Assembly: GCF_001194135.2 (NCBI RefSeq)
Contig: NC_068995.1
Location: 22,273,741-22,337,740 of the forward strand
Length of the DNA: 64,000 bases
Source: Octopus bimaculoides
Taxonomy: Eukaryota
Reading direction: 5' to 3'
Shown: piece by piece, positions 25,401 through 36,849 of the stretch
Numbering within the stretch: the stretch's first letter is position 1
Layout: each line of letters starts with the position of its first letter
Made by a program: the position numbers and the translations under genes
Notes under the pieces: model-generated
What the model was told of the DNA's origin: nothing
Seen by the model: the letters and a program-made list of their open reading frames with translations, nothing else
Database searches by the model: none

Positions 25401-28062
25401 TGTGCGGGTGTGTCTGTGTGTAGTGTGTGTACATATACACACATAAATATTGGGTCGTATACAGTTGTTTGTGCATTGTAGACTTACAGCTGTTTCTGAT
25501 ATGCATTTTATGTACGCTCATGGTTCAATTTAATCAATCATTCGACTGCTGGATTGAAAATATTGTAAACGGCCATTGGAATGCTATCTTATAGTTCAAC
25601 AAATCAATTGTCAAGCGAAAGGAAGAGAAGAAAAGAGAAAAGAACAGAAACGAAGAAAAGAGGAGGAATTTTGTTCTCTGTGGCACTTATACGGATCAAG
25701 GTTGCCTGTTTCTAGGCACCGGTATCAAGCTATTGTTCTCACTTATCATGGTTAAATAGTATAAATATTTAGTATAGAAATTTCATATCCAACAACTTAG
25801 GGTCAGTGTCCGACTTAGTGCAATTAGTACTGCATTTTTGATGCTGTGCCGAAAGAGTGTTTTGGATATGTCCTAACTTCAGATGGGTGAATAGTATTAA
25901 CATTCAGTATATAAATTTGATACCCAACAACTTCGTTAGGATTGGTGGCAATTACTACTATATAATATTGGACGCTATGCCAAGGGAGGTGTTTGAACAT
26001 ACAGAAACAGGAGGCCGCCAGGCCAAATCTGACTGCTTTAAATGTAAAGTATGGATATCTATCTAATTAGTTATGACACTTAACAATGATATTTAGAGCT
26101 AGTAATCAGAGCTTAGAAGTAACTAAATGAATAAATTATAACATTTAAATTTACAGTAGTACCGAAACTACATAAGCCTTAAAATATATGACTTGTTATC
26201 AATGATATGGCTGCAAAGGTAGGATGAGCAATTATTTAGAGAGAGGGTGGTATAGTGAATTACACAGGTGCTAAGTGAAGAGAGTAAACGAAACATAATA
26301 AACATAAAACAAAAGCAACAGAAAACAGAAAGCATGATGGATGAATAAGTGAACGGATATAGGAGAATAAAAAAGATTAAATGGATCCATATATATGTAT
26401 GTATATATCTATACATACATATATGAATACATACATATACATACATACATATATATATATATATATGCATGTATGTATTCATATGTAAGTATGTCTGAGT
26501 GTGAATAGGGATACTGAAAAAGAACACAATCCCGTCACCTCAGTCTAAGTGTAATAACGAAACGTCAGCGATAAAATACAATAATGTAACACATAATAAA
26601 AAAAAGATAGGAATGCATGCACGAAATTTCGTGTTAAAAGAAAAAAACCGTATAAAGCACAACACTCACAACGTAATACAGTATAGCAACATACAAGAAT
26701 TCTGGATCAAATGCAAAAATATGCTAAAGTAAAAATAGGCAAATACTAATTATTCGTCGCTGGAGATTTCGAAATCCAGAATGAGGAAAAATGTCCACGG
26801 AAGTACAAAGCTCAATTAATTCTGTCTGCTGACGTGCAACTGTACCACATAAGTAAACTAAAATTGAAATATTGAGCTAGAAGCAGTTCTAATAATATAA
26901 ACATTATCAATGACATACACTTACCGTATGTGTGGTGTTTTAACGCTTTTAGTCTGTGGTATTTCGTCCAAGGAAAGTACCTTGGAAGACATAAAGCGTT
27001 ATAAAACACTGTATACCTCAAACTGAAATAACAGCAAAATATCTATTTCTGTTGTTCTGGTTCACCTCCGAATCCACTCGACTAGCCTGTTTTGAGATAT
27101 ACCATGTATTTTAACACCATTCGACTGTAAAGTTATTTTTCGCTGAACGAAATACCGTAGAATGAAATCCTCTAGACAACACACATACACTAAGTATGTG
27201 AAATTCATATTTATTTTACTATTGAAAAGCTGCTGCACATCAGCAGATAGATTTTGACGCTTAGAACAGCTATTTGAATTCGTTTCGAAGATGATTCGAA
27301 TATAAAACTCCGATGAGCTGAAAAAACAAGCAAGACATCTTCCGTTCTCGTTCAGCGCCAAGGCTCATTCGTTTTGTCCGCTTTTGAGGTATACACCTTT
27401 TTTTAACACTGTACATCTTTTAAGGACTTTTTGCGTACAAAATGCCGTAGCCTAAAAGCATTTAAACAACATACATACATTAATTATGTGACATCTATAA
27501 TGTTTATAGTTACATCCAAAACACCTTGCAACATGGCCTTCGAAAGCAAATACATAAAGGTTGTCAAGATGCAGATAAATTCTTAGCAGGAGAATAAAGA
27601 GAGAAAAAAAAAACAAAGTAATAAATCAGCTGAAATGTTGCCAGCAGTAGCTTTTCATCTCGAGTACGATAAAGCATTTAAGAAAATGGTAAAATAAAAC
27701 AATTACCTTACTAGAGACGTTTTATCATCTAGGTTCCAAATAACTTGGTTTTCAGAGTGAGTGAAACTGACAAACCCATCTGAAACAACTCGTTGATAAC
27801 ATTTTATATTCTCTAGGGGAGGGTTCCAAAATCGATGTCATATATCTTACCTTAAAGCTTCGACAGAGTCGAGCAAAGCATTCTGCTGAATAAGACATCC
27901 TATCCAGCATGGGAATACATTGAACGCTACTATAGTTAATTATATGTTTTTTTGTCAAAGGGAACACAAAATATCGGGATCCCCCAAAATTAAATGGTTG
28001 TAGTAAATGTTAAGGGTCGCACTCAGAGGAAACTGTTTTTTCGCCTACATTTTTTTTTTGCC

Positions 28063-28186
28063 GCGTTTATTAATGACATAGGTATTGTCATCAAACATAA
28101 CGGCATTAAATTATTGACAGCCAGCGTTTATTAATGATATAGGTATTGTCATCAAACATAACGGCATTAAATTATTGACAGCCAGC
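28063..28186. repeat. 61-bp tandem duplication
   Basis: Units start at 28063 and 28124 and differ at one position. Confidence 0.9.
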
Positions 28187-28278
28187 TCTAGAAAGTGGTC
28201 ATGTAAATATATTATGGAAAAAAATCCAACCTGATACACACACATACATACACACATGTATATTTGTATGTAATTATA

Positions 28279-29050
28279 TACGTGCCGCATCCCAGAAGGT
28301 CTGAAACTTTTTTAGTTGAACCATTTACAACTGTCCATGGTAACTGTAATTTTAGTAAACCACTTTGAACACTGTAATAAATACTGCTTGTCACTACTGA
28401 TTAATAAGCGGAATGCAGTCGGGACGTAAAAGCAATTTGGAAGTTCGCTATGCAATAAAGTTTTGTGTTAAACTGGGAAAAAATGCCAGTGAAGTTTATG
28501 AAATGCTCCTGATTGTTTATGGATTAAAATTGTATGAGACGAAAATCTGTTGTTTTCCTCTGTCACAAGAGGCCAGGCAAGAGCATGCCCATCGGGAAGC
28601 TCATAATGGTCCTCTTTTTCAACACCAAGGGCATCATCCACGTCTACTGGGTTCCCTCTGACCATATGGTCAACAAATAGTGTTCTGTGAAGGTTTTCAG
28701 TGAGTACAGAAATTGATTTCGTCACAAAACACCAGATCTCTTCTGCTCACGTTGGTAGTACCTGCTCCAGGACAATGAATTAATCGACAACACCAATCTA
28801 CTAACAAAGTACCTGAAACGGATGTGTATCAAAACTGTCGCTCATCCTCATAACAGTAAAATCGTCCTCCCTGTGATATTTTGTTTCTTCCACAAGCTGA
28901 AGAACGACTTCTGGGGGAAGTCGTTTTGAAAACATTGGGAAGATGAAGGAAGCTGTGACAAGGGCCTAAGCGACTTGCAATTTGGAAGACTCCCTCAGAG
29001 CCTTCACGAAATGGCTGGAGCACTTCAGCAAATGCATTGAAGTAAGAGAA
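28279..29050 (+). mobile_element. Internally deleted mariner element
   Basis: MQSGRKSNLEVRYAIKFCVKLGKNASEVYEML (mariner N-terminal HTH) is joined to catalytic fragments QDN...HPHNS...PCD and to a KCIEVREYYF-like C-terminus. Confidence 0.85.
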
Positions 29051-29430
29051 TATTACTTTGTGCTTTGCAGCAGTCATTGTTAATTGTGTTGTTGCCATTG
29101 TTATGGCCGGCCATGACATTTATTGTGTGGGTTTGTGTGTGTGCGTGGGTTCGTTTCGGATGTTGTATATATCCATGCCATTTATACAACTTCATTTATG
29201 TATTTTATGCATCTCTATGTCTAATATATATCACAGGTATGTGACAAATATATTCACATATTAATTTATTTATCTACTTATATAATGGTATTTTTATTAA
29301 TTTTTTTGTAGTCGTCTATCTCTGTTTCTCATAAAAATCAGTTAAATGCATATATATATATCTATTTTGTATGTATTACCCTGTATGTTTCTGCGTGCAA
29401 CTTACGATCTTTGTTCCCCCTCTCTTCTCA

Positions 29431-30045
29431 GTCCTTGTCGTTAGTCATCTGGTGTGGTGGTTGGTGTTCCTGTTCCATTCGTGTTCTCTATTAAGGTGCC
29501 GTCTATCTCCTGTTATGTTTGTAGTCTCTGTGATCTGTCTAAATGTCTTGTCAGTTCTATATGTCAATAGTAATTTGACATCTATGCTATTAATCGAGCC
29601 TCCATGTTCTGCCTGAGCATGTTGTTAGAGCGCTGACGAGCTTTTTCCCTTCTTTGAGCTCACGCCAATCTTCACTTATACGCTCTCCTATGCTGCGTGT
29701 AGTCTCTTTAACGTAGGTAGTTGTCATGTTTCTACGTTGTCCCTCAGTACATCGTAAGCTATACATTACTTTCCTAACCATGTTAACCTATGGATTCATC
29801 CTACAGGCAACATAATTGTACTCTGTACAGAGGAACTTACCTGTAGGATATGTATTGCAGATCAGGGATTATAAAGGCTCAATTAAGAGAAGAGAGATTA
29901 AAGTACTATTGACACAGAGAACTGACACGACACTTCGACAGATCACAGAGGCGACACACATTACAGCAGATTGGCCGAGCCACAATAGAAAAGATGAATG
30001 GAGCAGTAACACCCACCACCAGAGCACATGACTAAATACAAGGAC
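29431..30045. mobile_element. Two head-to-head PLE GIY-YIG 3' fragments (minus 29431-29781, plus 29875-30045)
   Basis: The minus copy encodes VMYSLRCTE...YVKETTRSIGERISE. The plus copy encodes IKVLLTQRTDTTLRQITEATHI...HNRKDEW. 29431-29601 and 29875-30045 are roughly 75% reverse-complementary (estimated by eye). Confidence 0.75.
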
Positions 30046-30334
30046 GTGACGAATTTGTGTCCAAGGACGTGACAAATTTGTGCTAAATGATATACAGCAA
30101 TCTTATCTAAGAATATTCTCATACGGGATATCCTATTTGAGGTAAGTCAAAACATTATCGTGAGTAAAATACTACTAATAATTGGCGTATGAAATATTTA
30201 TGGGATGGTTATAAGTAAATAATTTGCCTATCGAGGAAAAGTGGGAATTCGTGACTCCATTACAAGTATGATGCGGCGAACTAGCAGCATTACAAATTTC
30301 CTTCTGAATCAATCGAGAAAATACTCAAATATAT

Positions 30335-30531
30335 ATTGGTTTCAAATTTTGGCACATGGTCATTAATTTTACATCGACGCCACTGGTCAACTGGCACTTA
30401 TTTTATCAAAATCCGAAAGGATGAAACGTAAAGTTTACCTCGGCAATATTTGAACTCAGGATGTAAAGATGAATGAAATGCCGCTAAGCATTTTGCCCGG
30501 CGTATTAACTACTCTACCAGCTCACTGCGTT
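30335..30531 (-). mobile_element. tRNA-derived SINE, family B, diverged
   Basis: The minus strand reads GAGCTGGTAGAGT...GAGTTCAAAT...GAGGTAAACTTT, similar to the copy at 35270. Confidence 0.75.
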
Positions 30532-31218
30532 AATATTCAAATATATATATTGAGAACGTAATTTAAGAAGAGAAACTTCAAAATATTTGTTGAAGACACA
30601 TATTCCACTAGGTAAGTACAGAAAGTAGTCATTAATCTATTGTAATTGTCTAAGTGGTCTGAAATTAAGGAGTACTGTTCAAGAATGTGGAAACACTGTC
30701 ACACCTATGTAGGAATGGCAACGGGCGATCTCGAACATACATTTTGTCTCAGAAGAGAAAATCATTTCCCACTTGGGTGAATCAATCTTTTAGCTTAATA
30801 TTCCTTTTTCTATTACTGTAGACAAAATTATATGTGTTCATGTGTGTGTACATGTGTGAGTGTGTTTCTCTTTATGTCTGTATGCATATTTTTGATGTCT
30901 ATTAAAAGAAAAGAAATCCTATTTTGTTAAAATAAACACATTTATTTCTTATTAATGGAAATTCACTGAAAGACATCGTATAATGAAAGGACGTTTTAAT
31001 CGAGTATACCGCTTTAAATTGTCACTTATCATCAGAACCTATCTTTATATACTTATTAGCTTTTAATTAAACTGTTCTTTGCCATAAAATACATCCATAA
31101 ATCAAAAGTATTATTTCTAATAAAGCCACACTTGTGTGGCCATCGACAGATTTGGAATTTATATTCAATATTTCATGTTGTGTGTGTGTGTGTGTGTGTG
31201 TGTCTGTGNNNNNNNNNN

Positions 31219-31259
<41 letters not shown>

Positions 31260-32450
31260 CTCGCGTACCTTTGATGTTCTTGAAAATTAGTTAACTGATT
31301 TGGTATTAATTCCCGGATGACATCAGTTGAATATACATCCAAAGAAAATTTATCTTTTTACCGCTGAGATAGATCTCGGTATTTGCAGCCATCACAGCGT
31401 GACTCAATGCCTGACAGAATATGATCAACAAAGGTCTGCTTTTATAACATCCCTTCACTCTCTATATTCAAACGCAAATGGAACCGACTTCTACATCAAA
31501 CTCTAAGACTTGTGCATAAATATAACTGGTGATACAACTTGGATGATTGAATTTGCAATAAATCCAACAAAAATGATTTTGCTCTTCTAAAATCTGCTTT
31601 GAAAATGTGGCACTGCTAAAATTACCGTAGCAGTATTCAAGTTACTAATAGTGACCTCACTCTATTAGAAGATGTAGATAAACAGTATTCACTATTTTAA
31701 CATTCAAAATCTTGCCGTCAGTTTGAGAAAAAAAAAACTGAACAAAATTTAAACGTGCAATGAATCAGAAGATAATAGTTTAATTCTCTCTTAGGCCTTA
31801 ATTCTGTGCTTATATCAGAAACACTACTGACAGCACAACTCAACCTATACTGAATATTTATTTCATTATCACATAAACTATAAATGTTTCAGAGAATTTC
31901 GTTCTTTTCTGCACCTCAAAATGAGGAAACCTTCTGTTGACAGTGAAGATATAAATCTCGATGGATATAAAAATCCAAGGTATCATAAACTAGATTTTTT
32001 ACGGTTCGGTGTGTAAGTTTTATTATCTATCGTAAACGTTGAAACATATTTACATTTATGTATTTCACAGGCATTTTCTACACTATATTAGATGTTCCTC
32101 TCATGCATTTGATGTGTGAACATATATTGTAAAGAATATTAAATTATGCTTGATTGGCTTGCTTACAGTATCTTCTTCTTTACTCTAGAATTGATGCTCT
32201 TCTATAATTTTATGAATACATGAATTGTTTGAAATGCTGCAGAATTCTCCGGCAGAATGTATATGGCAACTAGATATTATAAGGAACTTAACCATTAATA
32301 GTTTCCTAATATTCTTTACATGTGTATAATGTTATTAACACTTCATAGAAATATGACATAAGACAAATACCCGTAATTATACCATAAGCAATTGATGTAT
32401 ACTGATGTTTATTTTTTTTATATTTATATAATGTTACACTCACTGGCAAG

Positions 32451-32565
32451 CGCGGCGATGAGCTGTCAGAATCGCTAGAACACCGTCCAAACCAGGGGAA
32501 ACAATAATCCAGCTCTTCACTTTCTGAGTTCAAATCAAGCCGAAGTCTACTTTGTATTTATGTCC
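32451..32565 (+). mobile_element. SINE family B 5' fragment
   Basis: GAGCTGTCAGAATCG (A-box region) and CTGAGTTCAAAT (B-box region). Confidence 0.65.
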
Positions 32566-34454
32566 ACACCATCCTCCACTCCTACCTGGATTTGGAAAGA
32601 CAACGTATCACGCTAATTTTAGGGTCAATGGTAATAGACATGATAGAAAAAACAATCAATCTCGCGCTGATGTTTAATGTATGTGTGCGTTATTATACTC
32701 TATGCATCTGCAGTATTTTGACATGAGAAAACTCCTCTAAAAACGTTCAGTGTTTAAAAACACAGCATGCCTCAAAAGTAGATGACGCGACATCAACTCA
32801 CAAGTGAAAGAGACCTACAATTACACATGTATGGGTACACATAGTCATGCATACATCGTCTGATCTGGGTGACATGCTTCCAGAATTTCTTACAGTTTCG
32901 TGTAACCCTGTACTAGACATTCTATTTTAAGATAATAGACACTTATTCCAAAAAGATTCTGAAACTTTTCCTCGCATCCGCGCGAGCAATTATGCTTCTA
33001 GCTTCCTGGGTTTCTTTCGTAACTAAAGACACCAATGATAGCAAAGGCAAAACAAAATATGCGAATCATATCTCTAGTACCTGATGACGCATATGTCAAA
33101 ACAAATTTCACATACATGTTTTCCTTCCTACCACTTCAATTTTTCTATGGTTAAGTTCTATTGTAATTATTTGAGTTTGTAATCATCAAACCGAGCATCT
33201 AATTTCTGCCAATCAGTTTGTATTTTCAATGTTCCAAAATTCATTACCGATTGAGTAATCAGAACTAAAGTGTATTTTATTCATTATTTCCTTATTATTT
33301 TTGGTGAAGAACAGCCAAAATAAATCTTAACTGTTATTTTTCATATCTATTACATGGAAACTAATTCAAAAGTTCCTGAAGAAAATGGTAGCAGACTATT
33401 TACCGCAAAAATAGCAATGGAAGAAATAATTGAAATAATATAGAAAATCGGAAAGAACAACACTTTGAAAGTAAGAAACAATATATCTGTAAATAATACT
33501 GTCTAGGCAATGTCAGCTGTATGAAGGAAGCAGATAGTTGTTTACAAATTGTTATGCACGAAATCACAAAGTATACAATGTCCTCTATGATTTCACTCGG
33601 GTATTGAGGTGTTTTTTTTTTAATTATACGCGCGTTTGCATATTTGTGATAGTGTGAATGTGTGCATGTGTGCAAACGTCATACAAACTCATTCTCACAT
33701 ATATTTGAGTTTGTGTCTTTACATAAATATACTTTAGGTATGTAACTATATATGTATACATGCACATTCTCATACGTAGATGTATCTATATGAAATAAAA
33801 TAACATTAAGCATAATCCCTGTTTTTACACATACAAAGGATAAGGCCCAATAATTTATATATGCATACTTGTTTTTGCGCCGCTATATATATATATATAT
33901 GTATGTATGTATNNNNNNNNNNNNNNNNNNNNNNNNNNNNNNNNNNNNNNNNNNNNNNNNNNNNNNNNNNNNNNNNNNNNNNNNNNNNNNNNNNNNNNNN
34001 NNNNNNNNNNNNNNNNNNNNNNNNNNNNNNNNNNNNNNNNNNNNNNNNNNNNNNNNNNNNNNNNNNNNNNNNNNNNNNNNNNNNNNNNNNNNNNNNNNNN
34101 NNNNNNNNNNNNNNNNNNNNNNNNNNNNNNNNNNNNNNNNNNNNNNNNNNNNNNNNNNNNNNNNNNNNNNNNNNNNNNNNNNNNNNNNNNNNNNNNNNNN
34201 NNNNNNNNNNNNNNNNNNNNNNNNNNNNNNNNNNNNNNNNNNNNNNNNNNNNNNNNNNNNNNNNNNNNNNNNNNNNNNNNNNNNNNNNNNNNNNNNNNNN
34301 NNNNNNNNNNNNNNNNNNNNNNNNNNNNNNNNNNNNNNNNNNNNNNNNNNNNNNNNNNNNNNNNNNNNNNNNNNNNNNNNNNNNNNNNNNNNNNNNNNNN
34401 NNNNNNNNNNNNNNNNNNNNNNNNNNNNNNNNNNNNNNNNNNNNTGTGTGTGTG

Positions 34455-34489
<35 letters not shown>

Positions 34490-35269
34490 ACTGAAATGTT
34501 CATTTATGTAGAAAGAAAAATGCATATATTTTCCGATATATTTGGAAATTTCTTTTGGCATAACATTTGGAATATATTTGTTCCGTAAAAGATGTTGCTT
34601 CAAAGCAACTTTTAATCAATATCCAATCAACTTGTAGTGGATCCTCCCAATGTATTGATGATGATCACTATGATGCTCGATCAACTGAATTTTTACTCAA
34701 TAAATTAATGTGTAAACGCCCGAATATTCCGCAGATATGTGTAAATTTAACGCATTTCTCAAGGAGAACGAATGTGACACAAATTTCTAATTTGTATGGC
34801 TAATGCAACCCACGCACACAAAGATTCCCACACATATAAACCAATATTACTGTGTGCAAGGGTGTTCTTGTATATGTATGTGTGTGTGTATGTGTCCGTG
34901 TGTGAGTGAGTGGGTGTGTGTATAGGAAGAGAGAGAGAGTGAGATAAAGAGAGAGGAGAGTGAATGCAATCGAATTTAGTAATCGAATCCTATCAATCAC
35001 GATGGATACAAAGACAAGTTGACCCCGGTGCTATATGGAATTAAAGCGCACAGAAGCAGAACGAATACTTTGAGCCATCCTATCACCTGCCCTAGCGATT
35101 CTGCCAGTTAGTTACCCTATTGTATTTGAGAAGCGATTCGATGATATCAATGATATACGATGATATTTATGATACCTTAGATTTACTACCCACATTGCCA
35201 AGCTGACTAACTGCTGACAGAAAATGCTATAACAATATCATAAGTAATACGCCAATATTACATTATTTT

Positions 35270-35471
35270 AGGGCGGCGAGCTGGCAGAATACCTAGCAGT
35301 ATTTCGTCTGCCGTTACGTTCTGAGTTCAAATTCCGCCGAGGTCGACTTTGCCTTTCATCCTTTCTGGGTCAATAAATTAAGTAATTGTTACACACTGGG
35401 GTCGACTTAATCCCTTTTTCTGTCCTTGTTTATCCCCACTATGTTTAGCCCCTTGTGGGCAATAAAGAAAT
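35270..35471 (+). mobile_element. tRNA-derived SINE, family B
   Basis: GGCGGCGAGCTGGCAGAA head, GAGTTCAAATTCC B box and a tail ending GGGCAATAAAGAAAT. A decayed opposite-strand fragment lies at about 35010-35110. Confidence 0.85.
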
Positions 35472-35684
35472 GAATACTAAAGTATTTTATGGGTGAGTAT
35501 TTCAAGTTTTAGGCTACATGCAAGTTTTAGGCTACTCTCATTTAAACAAACACGCGTTTGGAGTAAAGCATAAAATTTGCAGGAGAATATCGTAGTTCGC
35601 TTGAAGCATTGTGTATCGTTTGTAAAGAATAAAAAGTTTTGAATGGTACAAATATGCACTATGATACAAACAATGGACTATATA

Positions 35685-36360
35685 CCTGTTGTAATTTAGT
35701 CATCCATAGTCTGATGATATTTCGGAATATAATTCCTTCTTCAGATATTCTTAGATGGAGTCACTGCAATAATCGGTTTTCCAACGGCTTTTCTTTGTTC
35801 GGAAGCGTCTCAGCAGTGGTCTCACGAAGCTCCTTCCAGAATTCTTCATGAGACGTGCGTGAGGTCGGCCATGTCTCAATCTCGTGTGTGTTGGTACATC
35901 TGTAGCGCTGCTTCTAAGGTATGTATTATACGTACAACTTCCTTTTTTTCCTTTCTTTTTCTCTTCTCTTTTTGTTTTTGTTATAAACAATAGATGACCA
36001 TATCCAAAATGAAACTACACACATCCAGATGTGGCTAACCAATATATCGATTAGCAACCTCCAGCCTGTTGTTAATTTGAGTCCTAGTCTGTGTATGAAC
36101 ATAGCTTCCTCAATTCTTAAATTAACCAAATTTCTTTCATTGGCCTCAATTGTGACTGTTATGCTTTTGTCAGTGTCCCGGCATCTGTCTACATGTTTTC
36201 TGAAGGAGGAGGCTCTCGTGTTCAGATGTTCTTTGATGCAGACGTGTAACGGTCTTGTTGTGCTGCCCATATAGAACTTGTTGCATTTGTTACATTTTAT
36301 TCTATACACAACATTTACCCGTTGGCATAAATCTGTGTTGCCCTCATCTAACAAACTGTC
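35685..36360 (-). mobile_element. Penelope/Poseidon-type PLE 3' fragment: GIY-YIG endonuclease plus 3' region with hammerhead
   Basis: ORF 35926-36354 reads LCQRVNVVYRIKCNKCNKFYMGSTTRPLH..IKEHL....SFRKH...LRIEEAMFI (GIY-YIG with Cys/His ligands). A hammerhead motif lies about 200 bp downstream of the ORF. Confidence 0.85.
35714..35746 (-). ncRNA. Minimal type I hammerhead ribozyme motif
   Basis: Minus strand AT-CTGAAGA-A-GGAAT-TAT-ATTCC-GAAA-TA-TC-AT: intact core, 5-bp helix II, palindromic ATAT helix III and an AUC site. Helix I is only 2 bp. Confidence 0.7.
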
Positions 36361-36435
36361 TCATCCGTGACAGTATTCATTTGCAGTAAAATTTTCAGTA
36401 TTCAATTATTGTTTCTAACTGCGTATTTTCCTTTA

Positions 36436-36438
<3 letters not shown>

Positions 36439-36517
<79 letters not shown>
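36439..36517. repeat. (CT)n microsatellite
   Basis: Read directly. Confidence 0.95.
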
Positions 36518-36520
<3 letters not shown>

Positions 36521-36734
36521 GTATCCAGGGATATACCCTGTGTTCGTTTCTCTTTATCAAAATCCTACAGAGCGCTCAGTAGCATCGCCCCTCATCTACG
36601 AAAAGATATAAGAGCTAATAGCTGAGATGGTAGTTGTAGAAGTAAAACAAAAATAAAACGATATTTTCATTGAAATAATATATTTCATAATGTACATCTG
36701 GGTGTCCTTTATCTGCTTAGTTCCTTCGACATCT

Positions 36735-36776
36735 TCGTCGTCGTCGTCGTACTACTACTACTACTACTACTACTAC

Positions 36777-36827
<51 letters not shown>

Positions 36828-36849
36828 CAGTAGTAGTAGTAGTAGTAGT
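36735..36849. repeat. Compound trinucleotide repeat (GTC)n-(TAC)n-(TAG)n
   Basis: Read directly; the TAC/TAG switch forms a palindrome centred at 36777/36778. Confidence 0.95.

Noticed and set aside
26540-26570. GAAACGTCAG, the 3' half of a typical PLE hammerhead
   Set aside because: No CUGANGA-like core or helix II upstream.
33075-33105. CTGATGACGCATATGTCAAAAC hammerhead-like string
   Set aside because: GAAA is replaced by AAAA and no NUH site or helix I can be formed.
35270-35345. tRNA-like A and B boxes (also at 15620-15667 and 32451-32540)
   Set aside because: These are SINE heads; no cloverleaf or anticodon arm, so not tRNA genes.
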